DNA of 64,000 nucleotides. Source: Eledone cirrhosa. Its lineage: Eukaryota. Position 1 is the first letter of the stretch; each line of letters opens with the position of its first letter. Both the position numbers and the translations under genes were made by a program. Positions 1 through 15,000 of the stretch are shown here, piece by piece. The notes under the pieces are model-generated. The model saw nothing but the letters and a program-made list of their open reading frames with translations, had not been told where the DNA came from and made no database searches. Location: assembly GCA_964016885.1 (NCBI GenBank), contig OZ024742.1, forward strand, positions 169,074,001-169,138,000, in the 5' to 3' direction.

Positions 1-3000
1 TCTCCCCTTGGCTGGCTGGAAATTATCTCCCCTTGGAGGCTGGAATTTATCTCCCCTTGGACGGCTAGAAATTACCTCGCCTTGGACGGCTGGAAAATAT
101 GTCTCCTTGGACGGCTGGAAATTATCTCCCCTTGGACGGCTGGAAATTATCTCCCCTTGGACGGCTGGAAATTATCTCCCCTTGGACGGCTAGATATTAC
201 CTCCCCTTGGACGGCTGGAAATTATCTCCCCTTGATTTTTTTTACAAGTTATCTCCCCCTGATTTTTTTTTACAAATTATCTCCCCCTGATTTTTTTTTA
301 CGAATTATCTCCCCCTGATTTTTTTTTACAAATTATCTCCGCCTGATTTTTTTTTAAAAATTATCTCCCCTTGAACGGCTGGAAATTATCTCCCCTTGGA
401 CGGCTGGAAATTATCTCCCCTTGGACGGCTAGAAATTACCTCTCCTTGGACGGCTGAAAATTATCTCCCCTTGGACGGCTGCAAATTATCTCCCCTTGAT
501 TTTTTAACAAATTATCTCCCCCTGATTTTTTTTTACAAATTATCTCCCCCTGATTTTTTTTTACAAATTATCTACGCCTAATTCTTTTTACAAATTATCT
601 CCCCCTGATTTTTTTTTACAAATTATCTCCCCCTGATTTTTTTTACAAATTATCTCCCCCTGATTTTTTTTTACAAATTATTTCCCCCTGATTTTTTTAC
701 AAATTATCTATCCCCTGATTTTTTTACAATCTCCGCCTGATTTTTTTAAAAATTATCTTCCCTTGGCTGGCGGCAAATTATCTCCCCTTGGACGGCTGGA
801 AATTATATCCCCTTGGAAGGATGGAAATTATCTCCCCTTGGACGGCTGGAAATTATCTCCCCTTGGACGGCTGGAAATTATCTCCCCTTGGACAGCTGGA
901 AATTATCTGCCCTTGATTTTGTTTTTACAAATTATCTCCCCCTGATTTTTTTTACAAATTATCTCCACCTGATTTTTTTAAAAATTATCTCCCCTTGGAC
1001 GGCTGGAAATTATCTCCCTTTGATTTTTTTACAAATTATCTCCCCCTGATTTTTTTTTACAAATTATCTCCCCCTGATTTTTTTTTACAAATTATCTCCC
1101 CCTGATTTTTTTTTACAAATTATCTCCCCCTGATTTTTTTTACAAATTATCTCCCCCTGATTTTTTTACAAATTATCTCCCCTTGGCTGGCTGGAAATTA
1201 TCTCCCCTTGGAGGCTGGAATTTATCTCCCCTTGGACGGCTAGAAATTACCTCTCCTTGGACGGCTGGAAAATATGTCCTTGGACGGCTGGATATTATCT
1301 ACCCTTGGACGGCTGGAAATTATCTCCCCTTGGACGGCTGGAAATTATCTCCCCTTGGACGGCTAGATATTACCTCCCCTTGGACGGCTGGAAATTATCT
1401 CCCCTTGATTTTTTTTACAAATTATCTCCCCCTGATTTTTTTTTACAAATTATCTCCCCCTGATTTTTTTTTACAAATTATCTACCCCTGATTTTTTTTT
1501 ACAAATTATCTCCCCCTGATTTTTTTTTTACAAATTATCTCACCCTGATTTTTTTTACAAATTATCAGTCCCTGATTTTTTTACAAATTATCTCCCCTTG
1601 GCTGGCTGGAAATTATCTCCCCTTGGAGGCTGGAATTTTTCTCCCCTTGGACGGCTAGAAATTACCTCTTCTTGGACGGCTGGAAAATATGTCTCCTTGG
1701 ACGGCTGGATATTATCTACCCTTGGACGGCAGGAAATTATCTCCCCTTGGACGGCTGGAAATTATCTCCTCTTGGACGGCTAGATATTACCTCCCCTTGG
1801 ACGGCTGGAAATTATCTCCCCTTGATTTTTTTACAAATTATCTCCCCCTGATTTTTTTACAAATTATCTCCCCCTGATTTTTTTTACAAATTATCTCCGC
1901 CTAATTTTTTTAAATATTATCTTCCCTTGGCTGGCTGGAAATTATCTCCCCTTGGAGGCTGGAATTTATCTCCCCTTGGACGGCTAGAAATTACCTCTCC
2001 TTGGACGGCTGGAAAATATGTCTCCTTGGACGGCTGGATATTATCTACCCTTGGACGGCTGGAAATTATCTCCCCTTGGACGGCTGGAAATTATCTCCCC
2101 TTGGACGGCTGAAAATTATCTCCCCTTGGACGGCTGGAAATTATCTCCCCTTGATTTTTTTTACAAATTATCTCCCCCTGATTTTTTTTTACAAATTATC
2201 TCCCCCTGATTTTTTTTACAAATTATCTCCCCCTGATTTTTTTTACAAATTATCTCCCCTTGGCTGGCTGGAAATTATCTCCCCTTGGAGGCTGGAATTT
2301 ATCTCCCCTTGGACGGCTAGAAATTACCTCTCCTTGGACGGCTGGAAAATATGTCCTTGGACGGCTGGATATTATCTACCCTTGGACGGCTGGAAATTAT
2401 CTCCCCTTGGACGGCTGGAAATTATCTCCCCTTGGACGGCTAGATATTACCTCCCCTTGGACGGCTGGAAATTATCTCCCCTTGATTTTTTTTACAAATT
2501 ATCTCCCCCTGATTTTTTTTTACAAATTATCTCCCCCTGATTTTTTTTTACAAATTATCTCCCCCTGATTTTTTTTTACAAATTATCTACCCCTGATTTT
2601 TTTTTTACAAATTATCTCCCCCTGATTTTTTTACAAATTATCTCCCCCTGATTTTTTTTTACAAATTATCTCCCCTTGATTTTTTTTTACAAATTATCTA
2701 CCCCTGATTTTTTTTACAAATTATCTCCCCCTGATTTTTTTTACAAATTATCTCCCCCTGATTTTGTTTACAAATTATCTCCCCCTGATTTTTTTACAAA
2801 TTATCTCCCCCTGATTTTTTTTACAAATTATCTCCGCCTAATTTTTTTAAATATTATCTTCCCTTGGCTGGCGGGAAATTATCTCCCCTTGGACGGCTGA
2901 AAATTATCTCCCCTTGGACGGCTGGAAATTATCTCCCCTTGATTTTTTTTACAAATTATCTCCCCCTGATTATTTTTTACAAATTATCTCCCCCTGATTT

Positions 3001-6000
3001 TTTTTTACAAATTATATCCCCCTGATTTTTTTTACAAATTATCTCCCCCTGATTTTTTTACAAATTATCTCCCCTTGGCTGGCTGGAAATTATCTCCCCT
3101 TGGAGGCTGGAATTTATCTCCCCTTGGACGGTTAGAAATTACCTCTCCTTGGACGGCTGGAAAATATGTCTCCTTGGACGGCTGGAAATTATCGCCCCTT
3201 GGACGGCTGGAAATTATCTCCCCTTGGACGGCTGGAAATTATCTCTCCTCGGACGGCTAGAAATTACCTCTCCTTGGACAGCTGAAAATTATCTCCCCTT
3301 GGACGGCTGGAAATTATCTCCCCTTGATTTTTTTTACAAATTATCTCCCCCTGATTTTTTTTTACAAATTATCTCCCCCTGATTTTTTTTTACAAATTAT
3401 CTCCCCCTGATTTTTTTTTACAAATTATCTCCCCCTGATATTTTTTACAAATTATCTCCCCCTGATTTTTTTACAAATTATCTCCCCTTGGCTGGCTGGA
3501 AATTATCTCCCCTTGGAGGCTGGAATTTATCTCCCCTTGGACGGCTGGAAATTATATCCCCTTGGACGGCTAGATATTACCTCGCCTTGGACGGCTGGAA
3601 AATATGTCTCCTTGGACGGCTGGAAATTATCTCCCCTTGGACGGCTGGAAATTATCTCCCCTTGGACGGCTGGAAATTATATCCCCTTGGACGGCTAGAT
3701 ATTACCTCCCCTTGGACGGCTGGAAATTATCTCCCCTTGATTTTTTTTACAAATTATCTCCCCCTGATTTTTTTTTACAAATTATCTCCCCCTGATTTTT
3801 TTTTACGAATTATCTCCCCCCGATTTTTTTTTACAAATTATCTCCGCCTGATTTTTTTTTAAAAATTATCTCCCCTTGAACGGCTGGAAATTATCTCCCC
3901 TTGGACGGCTGGAAATTATCTCCCCTTGGACGGCTAGAAATTACCTCTCCTTGGACGGCTGAAAATTATCTCCCCTTGGACGGCTGCAAATTATCTCCCC
4001 TTGATTTTTTAACAAATTATCTCCCCCTGATTTTTTTTTACAAATTATCTCCCCCTGATTTTTTTTTACAAATTATCTCCCCCTGATTTTTTTTTACAAA
4101 TTATCTCCCCCTGATTTTTTTACAAATTATCTCCCCCTGATTTTTTTTACAATCTCCGCCTGATTTTTTAACAAATTATCTTCCCTTGGCTGGCGGGAAA
4201 TTATCTCCCCTTGGACGGCTGGAAATTATATCCCCTTGGAAGGATGGAAATTATCTCCCCTTGGACGGCTGGAAATTATCTCCCCTTGGACGGCTGGAAA
4301 TTATCTCCCCTTGGACAGCTGGAAATTATCTGCCCTTGATTTTGTTTTTACAAATTATCTCCCCCTGATTTTTTTTACAAATTATCTCCACCTGATTTTT
4401 AAAAAAATTATCTCCCCTTGGACGGCTGGAAGTTATCTCCCCTTGATTTTTTTACAAATTATCTCCCCCTGATTTTTTTTACAAATTATCTCCCCCTGAT
4501 TTTTTGTTACAAATTATCTCCCCCTGATTTTTTTACAAATTATCTCCCCCTGATTTTTTTTACAAATTATCTCCGCCTGATTTTTTTAAATATTATCTTC
4601 CCTTGGCTGGCGGGAAATTATCTCCCCTTGGACGGCTGAAAATTATCTCCCCTTGGACGGCTGGAAATTATCTCCCCTTGATTTTTTTTACAAATTATCT
4701 CCCCCTGATTTTTTTTTACAAATTATCTCCCCCTGATTTTTTTTTACAAATTATCTCCCCCTGATTTTTTTACAAATTATCTCCCCTTGGCTGGCTGGAA
4801 ATTATCTCCCCTTGGAGGCTGGAATTTATCTCCCCTTGGACGGCTAGAAATTACCTCTCCTTGGAGGGCTGGAAAATATGTCTCCTTGGACGGCTGGATA
4901 TTATCTACCCTTGGACGGCTGGAAATTATCTCCCCTTGGACGGCTGGAAATTATCTCCCCTTGATTTTTTTACAAATTATCTCCCCCTGATTTTTTTTAC
5001 AAATTATCTCCGCCTGATTTTTTTAAATATTATCTTGCCTTGGCTGGCGGGAAATTATCTCCCCTTGGACGGCTGAAAATTATCTCCCCTTGGACGGCTG
5101 GAAATTATCTCCCCTTGGCTGGCTGGAAATTACCTCCCCTAGGAGGCTGGAATTTATCTCCCCTTGGACGGCTAGAAATTACCTCTCCTTGGACGGCTGG
5201 AAAATATGTCTACTTGGACGGCTGGATATTATCTCCCCTTGGACGGCTGGAAATTATCTCCCCTTGGACGGCTGGAAATTATCTCCCCTTGGACGGCTAG
5301 ATATTACCTCCCCTTGGACGGCTGGAAATTATCTCCCCTTGATTTTTTTTACAAATTATCTCCCCCTGATTTTTTTTACAAATCTCCCAATGATTTAAAA
5401 AAAAAAATTATCTCCCCTTCGCTGGCTGGAAATTATCTCCCCATGGACGCTGGAAATTATAGCCCCTTGGAGGGCTGGAAATTATCTTCCCTTGGACGGC
5501 TGGAAATTATCTCCCCTTGATTTTTTTTTACAAATTATCTCCCCCTGATTTTTTTTTACAAATTATCTCCCCCTGATTTTTTTTACAAATTATCTCCCCC
5601 TGATTTTTTTTTTACAAATTATCTCCGCCTGATTTTTTTAAAAAAATTATCTCCCCTTGGACGGCTGGAAATTATCTCCCCTTGGACGGCTGGAAATTAT
5701 CTCCCCTTGGACGGCTAGAAATTACCTCTCCTTGGACGGCTGAAAATTATCTCCCCTTGGACGGCTGCAAATTATCTCCCCTTGATTTATTTTACAAATT
5801 ATCTCCCCCTGATTTTTTTTTACAAATTATCTCCCCCTGATTTTTTTTACAAATTATCTACCCCTGATTTTTTTTACAAATTATCTCCCCCTGATTTTTT
5901 TTTACAAATTATCTCCCCCTGATTTTTTTTTACAAATTATCTCTCCCTGATTTTTTTTTTACAAATTATCTCCCCCTGATTTTTTTACAAATTATCTCCC

Positions 6001-9000
6001 CCTGATTTTTTTTACAATCTCCGCCTGATTTTTTTTAAAATTATCTAACCTTGGCTGGCGGGAAAATATCTCCCCTTGGACGGCTGGAAATGATCTCCCC
6101 TTGGAAGGATGGAAATTATCTCCCCTTGGACGGCTGGAAATTATCTCCCCTTGCACGGCTGGAAATTATCTCCCCTTGGCTGGAAATTATCTCCCCTTGG
6201 ACGGCTAGAAATTAACTCTCTTTGGACGGCTGGAAATTATCTCTCTCTGTTTTTTCTTACAAATCTCCCCCTGATTTTTTTAAAAAAATTATCTCCCCTT
6301 CGCTGGCTGGAAATTATCTCCTCTTGGACACTGGAAATTATCTTCCCTTGGAGGGCTGGAAATTATCTTCCCTTGGACGGCTGGAAATTATCTCCCCTTG
6401 ATTTTTTTTTACAAATTATCTCCGCCTGATTTTTTTAAAAAATTATCTCTCCTTGGACGGCTGGAAATTATCTCCCCATGATTTTTTTACAAATTATCTC
6501 CCCCTGATTTTTTCTACAAATTATCTCCGCCTGATTTTTTTTAATATTATCTTCCCTTGGCTGGCGGGAAATAATCTCCCCTTGGACGGCTGGAAATTAT
6601 CTCCCCTTGGAAGGATGGAAATTATCTCCCCTTGGACGGCTGGAAATTATCTCCCCTTGCACGGCTGGAAATTATCTCCCCTTGGACGGCTGGAAATTAT
6701 CTGCCCTTGATTTTGTTTTTACAAATTATCTCCCCCTGATTTTTTTTACAAATCTCCCAGTGATTTTAAAAAAATAATTATCTCCCCTTCGCTGGCTGGA
6801 AATTATCTCCCCTTGGACGCTGGAAATTATAGCCCCTTAGAGGGCTGGAAATTATCTTCCCTTGGACGGCTGGAAATTATCTCCCCTTGATTTTTTTTAC
6901 ATATTATCTCCCCCTGATTTTTTTTTACAAATTATCTCCCCGATTTTTTTTTACAAATTATCTCCCCTTTGGACGGCTGGAAATGATCTCCCCTTGGACG
7001 GCTGGAAATTATCTCCCCTTGATTTCTTTTACAAATTATCTCCCCCTGATTTTTTTTTACAAATTATCTCCCCCTGATTTTTTTTTTACAAATATCTCCC
7101 CCTGATTTTTTTACAAATTATCTCCCCTTGGCTGGCTGGAAATTATCTCCCCTTGGACGGCTGGAAATTATCTCCCCTTGGACGGCTGGAAATTATCTCC
7201 CCTTGGACGGCTAGAAATTATCTCTCCTTGGACGGCTGGAAATTATCTCCCCTTGGACGGCTGGAAATTATTTCCGCTTGAATTTTTTTACAAATTATCT
7301 CCCCCTGATTTTTTTTACAAATCTCCCCCTAATTTAAAAAAAAATTATCTCCCCTGCGCTGGCTGGAAATTATCTCCCTTTGGACGGCTGGAAATTATAG
7401 CTGCTTGTAGGGCTGGAAATTATATCCCCTTGGACGGCTGGAAATCTTCTCCCCTTGATTTTTTTTGCTAATTATCTCCCCCTGATTTTCTTTTACAAAT
7501 TATCTCCGCCTGATTTTTAAAAAAAAATTATCTCCCCTTGGCTGGATGGAAATTTTCTCCCCTTGGACGGCTGGAAATTATCTCCCCTTGATGTCTTCTA
7601 CAAATTATCTACCCCTGATTTTTTTTTACAAATTATCTCTCCCTGATTTTTTTTAAAATTATCTCCCCTTGGACGGCTGGAAATTATCTCCCCTTGGACG
7701 GCTGGAATTATCTCCCCTTGGACGGCTAGAAATTACCTCTCCTTGGACGGCTGAAAATTATCTCCCCTTGGACGCCTGGAAATGATCTCCCCTTGATTTT
7801 TTTACAAATTATCTCCCCCTGATTTTTTTTTACAAATTATCTCCCCCTGATTTTTTTTTACAAATTATCTACCCCTGATTTTTTTTTCCAAATTATCTCC
7901 CCCTGATTTTTTTTACAAATTATCTCTTCCTGTTTTTTTTTTACAAATTATTTCCCCCTGATTTTTTTACAAATTATCTCCCCGATTTTTTTTACAAATT
8001 ATCTTCGCCTGATTTTTTTAAATATTATCTTCCCTTGGCTGGCGGGAAATTATCTCCCCTTGGACGCCTGGAAATTATCTCCCCTTGGAAGGATGGAAAT
8101 TATCTCCCCTTGGACGGCTGGAAATTATCTCCCCTTGCACTGCTGGAAATTATCTCCCCTTGGACGGCTGGAAATTATCTGCCCTTCATTTTGTTTTTAC
8201 AAATTATCATCCCCTGATTTTTTTTACAAATTATCTCCACCTGATTTTTTAAAAAATTATCTCCCCTTGGACGGCTGGAAATTATCTCCCCTTGGCTGGA
8301 AATTATCTCCCCTTGGACGGCTAGAAATTATCTCTCTTTGGACGGCTGGAAATTATCTCCCCTTGATTTTTTTTACAAATTATCTCCCCCTGATTTTTTT
8401 TACAAATCTCCCAGTGATTTTTAAAAAAAAATTATCTCCCCTTCGCTGGCTGGAAATTATCTCCCCTTGGACGCTGGAAATTATAGCCCCTTGGAGGGCT
8501 GGAAATTATCTTCCCTTGGACGGCTGGAAATTATCTCCCCTTGATTTTTTTTACAAATTCTCTCCCCCTGATTTTTTTTTGCAAATTATCTCCCCCTGAT
8601 TTTTTTTTTACAAATTATCTCCGCCTGATTTTTTTTTTAAAATTATCTCCCCTTGGACGGCTGGAAATTATCTCCCCTTGGACGGCTAGAAATTACCTCT
8701 CCTTGGACGGCTGAAAATTATCTCCCCATGATTTTTTTTACAAATTATCTCCCCCTGATTTTTTTTTTTACAAATTATCTCCCCCTGATTTTATTTTACA
8801 TATTATCTACCCCTGATTTTTTTTTACAAATTATCACCCCCTGATTTTTTTTACAAATTATCTCCCCCTGATTTTTTTTTTACAAATTATCTCCCCCTGA
8901 TTTTTTTACAAATTATCTCACCCTGATTTTTTTTACAAATTATCTCCGCCTGATTTTTTTAAATATTATCTTCCCTTGGCTGGCGGGAAATAATCTCCCC

Positions 9001-12000
9001 TTGGACGGCTGGAAATTATCTCCCCTTGCACGGCTGGAAATTATCTCCCCTTGGACGGCTGGAAATTATCTGCCCTTGATTTGGTTTTTACAAATTATCT
9101 CCCCCTGATTTTTTTTACAAATTATCTCCTTCTGATTTTTGAAAAAATTATCCCCTTGGACGGCTGGAAATTATCTCCCCTTGGCTGGAAATTATCTCCC
9201 CTTGGACGGCTAGAAATTATCTCTCTTTAGAAGGCTGGAAATTATCTCCCCTTGGACGCTGGAAATTATAGCCCCTTGGAGGGCTGGAAATTATCTTCCC
9301 TTGGACGGCTGGAAATTATCTCCCCTTGATTTTTTTTACAAATTATCTCCCCTTGATTTTTTTTACAAATTATCTGCCCCTGATTTTTTTTTACAAATTA
9401 TCTCCCCCTGATTTTTTTTTACAAATTATCTCCCCCTGATTTTTTTTACAACTTATCTCCGCATGATTTTTTTTTTTAAATTATCTCCCCTTGGATGGCT
9501 GGAAATTATCTCCCCTTGGACGCTGGAAATTATTGCCCCTTGGAGGGCTGGAAATTATCTTCCCTTGGACGGCTGGAAATTATCTCCCCTTGATTTTTTT
9601 TACAAATTATCTCCCCCTGATTTTTTTTTACAAATTATCTCCCCCTGATTTTTTTTACAAATTATCTCCCCCCTGATTTTTTTTTACAACTTATCTCCGC
9701 ATGATTTTTTTTTAAAAATTATCTCCCCTTGGACGGCTGGAAATTATCTCCCCTTGGACGGCTGGAAATTATCTCTCCTTGGACGGCTAGAAATTACCTC
9801 TCCTTGGACGGCTGAAAATTATCTCCCCTTGGACGGCTGGAAATTATCTCCCCTTGATTTTTTTTACAAATTATCTCCCCCTGATTTTTTTTTACAAATT
9901 ATCTCCCCCTGATTTTTTTTACAAATTATCTCCCCCTGATTTTTTTTACAAATTATCTCCCCCTGATTTTTTTACAAATTATCTCCCCTTGGCTGGCTGG
10001 AAATTATCTCCCCTTTGAGGCTGGAATTTATCTCCCCTTGGACGGCTAGAAATTACCTCTCCTTGGAGGGCTGGAAAATATGTCTCCTTGGACGGCTGGA
10101 AATTATCTCCCCTTGGACGGCTGGAAATTATCTCCCCTTGGACGGCTAGATATTACCTCCCCTTGGACGGCTGGAAATTATCTCCCCTTGATTTTTTTTA
10201 CAAATTATCTCCCCCTGATTTCTTTTTACAAATTATCTGCCCCTGATTTTTTTTACAAATTATCTCCCCCTGATTTTTTTTTACAAATTATCTCCCCCTG
10301 ATTTTTTTTACAACTTATCTCCGCATGATTTTTTTTAAAAAATTATCTCCCCTTGGATGGCTGGAAATTATCTCCCCTTGGACGCTGGAAATTATTGCCC
10401 CTTGGAGGGCTGGAAATTATCTTCCCTTGGACGGCTGGAAATTATCTCCCCTTGATTTTTTTTACAAATTATCTCCTGATTTTTTTTTACAAATTATCTC
10501 CCCCTGATTTTTTTTTACAAATTATCTCCCCCCTGATTTTTTTTTACAACTTATCTCCGCATGATTTTTTTTTAAAAATTATCTCCCCTTGGACGGCTGG
10601 AAATTATCTCCCCTTGGACGGCTGGAAATTATCTCTCCTTGGACGGCTAGAAATTACCTCTCCTTGGACGGCTGAAAATTATCTCCCCTTGGACGGCTGG
10701 AAATTATCTCCCCTTGATTTTTTTTACAAATTATCTCCCCCTGATTTTTTTTTACAAATTATCTCTCCCTGATTTTTTTTTACAAATTATCTCCCCCTGA
10801 TTTTTTTTACAAATTATCTCCCCCTGATTTTTTTTACAAATTATCTCCCCTTGGCTGGCTGGAAATTATCTCCCCTTGGAGGCTGGAATTTATCTCCCCT
10901 TGGACGGCTAGAAATTACCTCTCCTTGGACGGCTGGAAAATATGTCTCCTTGGACGGCTGGAAATTATCTCCCCTTGGACGGCTGGAAATTATCTCCCCT
11001 TGATTTTTTTTACAAATTATCTCCCCCTGATTTCTTTTTACAAATTATCTCCCCCGGATTTTTTTTTACAAATTATCTCCCCCTGATTTTTTTTTACAAA
11101 TTATCTCCGCCTGATTTTTTTAAAAAAATCATCTCCACTTGGACGGCTGGAAATTATCTCCCCTTGGACGGCTGGAAATTATCTCCCCTTGGACGGCTAG
11201 AAATTACCTCTCCTTGGACGGCTGAAAATTATCTCCCCTTGGACGGCTGCAAATTATCTCCCCTTGATTTTTTTAACAAATTATCTCCCCCTGATTTTTT
11301 TTTACAAATTATCTACACCTAATTTTTTTTACAAATTATCTCCCCCTGATTTTTTTTTACAAATTATCTCCCCCTGATTTTTTTTTACAAATTATCTCCC
11401 CCTGATTTTTTTTTTACAAATTATCTCCCCCTGATTTTTTTACAAATTATCTCCCCCCTAATTTTTTTTACAATCTCCGCCTGATTTTTTTAAAAATTAT
11501 CTTCCCTTGGCTGGCGGGAAATTATCTCCCCTTGGACGGCTGGAAATTATATCCCCTTGGAAGGATGGAAATTATCTCCCCTTGGACGGCTGGAAATTAT
11601 CTCCCCTTGAACGGCTGGAAATTATCTCCCCTTGGACAGCTGGAAATTATCTGCCCTTGATTTTGTTTTTACAAATTATCTCCCCCTGATTTTTTTTACA
11701 AATTATCTCCACCTGATTTTTTAAAAAATTATCTCCCCTTGGACGGCTGGAAATTATCTCTCCTTGTCTGGAAATTATCTCCCCTCGGACGGCTAGAAAC
11801 TATCTCTCTTTGGACGGCTGGAAATTATCTCCCTTTGATTTTTTTTACAAATTATCCCTCTGATTTTTTTACAAATCTCCCCCTGATTTTTTTTTACAAA
11901 TTGTCTCCCCCTGATTTTTTTTTTACAAATTGTCTCCCCCTGATTTTTTTTTTACAAATTATCTCCCCTTGGACGGCTGGAAATTATCTCCCCTTGGACG

Positions 12001-15000
12001 GCTGGAAATTATCTCCCCTTGGACGGCTAGAAATTACCTCTCCTTGGACGGCTGAAAATTATCTCCCCTTGGACGGCTGGAAATTATCTCCCCTTGATTT
12101 TTTTACAAATTATCTCCCACTGATTCTTTTACAAATCTCCCAGTGATTTTTTTAAAAAAATTATCTCCCCTTCGCTGGCTGGAAATTATCTCCCCATGGA
12201 CGCTGGAAATTATAGCCCCTTGGAGGGCTGGAAATTATCTTCCCTTGGACGGCTGGAAATTATCTCCCCTTGGACGGCTGGAAATTATCTCCCCTTGGAC
12301 GGCTGGAAATTATCTCTCCTTGGACGGCTAGAAATTACCTCTCCTTGGACGGCTGAAAATTATCTCCCCTTGGACGGCTGCAAATTATCTCCCCTTGATT
12401 TTTTTTACAAATTATCTCCCCCTGATTTTTTTTACAAATTATCTCCCCCTGATTTTTTTTACAAATTATCTACCCCTGATTTTTTTTACAAATTATCTCC
12501 TTTGATTTTTTTTTACAAATTATCTCCCCCTGATTTTTTTTTACAAATTATCACCCCCTGATTTTTTTTTTACAAATTACCTCCCCCTGATTGTTTTAAT
12601 TATTATCTCCCCTTGGACGGCTAGATATTACCTCCCCTTGGACGGCTGGAAATTATCTCCCCTTGATTTTTTTTACAAATTATCTCCCCCTGATTTTTTT
12701 TACAAATCTCCCAATGATTTAAAAAAAAAAATTATCTCCCCTTCGCTGGCTGGAAATTATCTCCCCTTGGACGCTGGAAATTATAGCCCCTTGGAGGGCT
12801 GGAAATTATCTTCCCTTGGACGGCTGGAAATTATCTCCCCTTGATTTTTTTTTACAAATTATCTCCCCGATTTTTTTTTACAAATTATCTCCCCCTGATT
12901 TTTTTTTTACAAATTATCTCCGCCTGATTTTTTTTTAAAAATTATCTCCACCTGATTTTTTAAAAAATTATCTCCCCTTGGACGGCTGGAAATTATCTCT
13001 CCTTGTCTGGAAATTATCTCCCCTTGGACGGCTAGAAACTATCTCTCTTTTGACGGCTGGAAATTATCTCCCTTTGATTTTTTTTACAAATTATCTCCCT
13101 CTGATTTTTTTACAAATCTCCCCCTGATTTTTTTTTACAAATTGTCTCCCCCTGATTTTTTTTTTACAAATTATCTCCCCTTGGACGGCTGGAAATTATC
13201 TTCCCTTGGACGGCTGGAAATTATCTCCCCTTGGACGGCTAGAAATTACCTCTCCTTGGACGGCTGAAAATTATCTCCCCTTGGACGGCTGGAAATTATC
13301 TCCCCTTGATTTTTTTACAAATTATCTCCCCCTGATTTTTTTTTTACAAATTATCTCCCCCTGATTTTTTTTACAAATTATCTCCCCCTGATTTTTTTTA
13401 CAAATTATCTCCCCCTGATTTCTTTTACAAATTATCTCCCCCTGATTTTTTTTTTACAAATTATCTCCCCCTGATTTTTTTTACAAATTATCTCCCCCGG
13501 ATTTTTTTTACAAATTATCTCCGCCTGATTGTTTTAATTATTATCTCTCCTTGGTTGGCGGGAAATTATCTCCCCTTGGACGGCTGGAAATTATCTCCCC
13601 TTGGAAGGATGGAAATTATCTCCCCTTGGACGGCTGGAAATTATCTCCCCTTGCACTGCTGGAAATTATCTCCCCTTGGACGGCTAGAAATTATCTCTCT
13701 TTGGACGGCTGGAAATTATCTCCCCTTGATTTTTTTTACAAATTACCTCCCCCTGATTTTTTTTACAAATTATCTCCCCTTGGACGGCTGGAAATTATCT
13801 CCCCTTGGACGGCTGGAAATTATCTCCCCTTGGACGGCTAGAAATTAACTCTCTTTGGACGGCTGGAAATTATCTCTCTCTGTTTTTTCTTACAAATCTC
13901 CCCCTGATTTTTTTAAAAAAATTATCTCCCCTTCGCTGGCTGGAAATTATCTCCTCTTGGACACTGGAAATTATCTTCCCTTGGAGGGCTGGAAATTATC
14001 TTCCCTTGGACGGCTGGAAATTATCTCCCCTTGATTTTTTTTTACAAATTATCTCCGCCTGATTTTTTTAAAAAATTATCTCTCCTTGGACGGCTGGAAA
14101 TTATCTCCCCATGATTTTTTTACAAATTATCTCCCCCTGATTTTTTCTACAAATTATCTCCGCCTGATTTTTTTTAATATTATCTTCCCTTGGCTGGCGG
14201 GAAATAATCTCCCCTTGGACGGCTGGAAATTATCTCCCCTTGGAAGGATGGAAATTATCTCCCCTTGGACGGCTGGAAATTATCTCCCCTTGCACGGCTG
14301 GAAATTATCTCCCCTTGGACGGCTGGAAATTATCTGCCCTTGATTTTGTTTTTACAAATTATCTCCCCCTGATTTTTTTTACAAATCTCCCAGTGATTTT
14401 AAAAAAATAATTATCTCCCCTTCGCTGGCTGGAAATTATCTCCCCTTGGACGCTGGAAATTATAGCCCCTTAGAGGGCTGGAAATTATCTTCCCTTGGAC
14501 GGCTGGAAATTATCTCCCCTTGATTTTTTTTTCATATTATCTCCCCCTGATTTTTTTTTACAAATTATCTCCCCGATTTTTTTTTACAAATTATCTCCCC
14601 TTTGGACGGCTGGAAATTATCTCCCCTTGGACGGCTGGAAATTATCTCCCCTTGATTTCTTTTACAAATTATCTCCCCCTGATTTTTTTTTACAAATTAT
14701 CTCCCCCTGATTTTTTTTTTACAAATATCTCCCCCTGATTTTTTTACAAATTATCTCCCCTTGGCTGGCTGGAAATTATCTCCCCTTGGACGGCTGGAAA
14801 TTATCTCCCCTTGGACGGCTGGAAATTATCTCCCCTTGGACGGCTAGAAATTATCTCTCCTTGGACGGCTGGAAATTATCTCCCCTTGGACGGCTGGAAA
14901 TTATTTCCGCTTGAATTTTTTTACAAATTATCTCCCCCTGATTTTTTTTACAAATCTCCCCCTAATTTAAAAAAAAATTATCTCCCCTGCGCTGGCTGGA

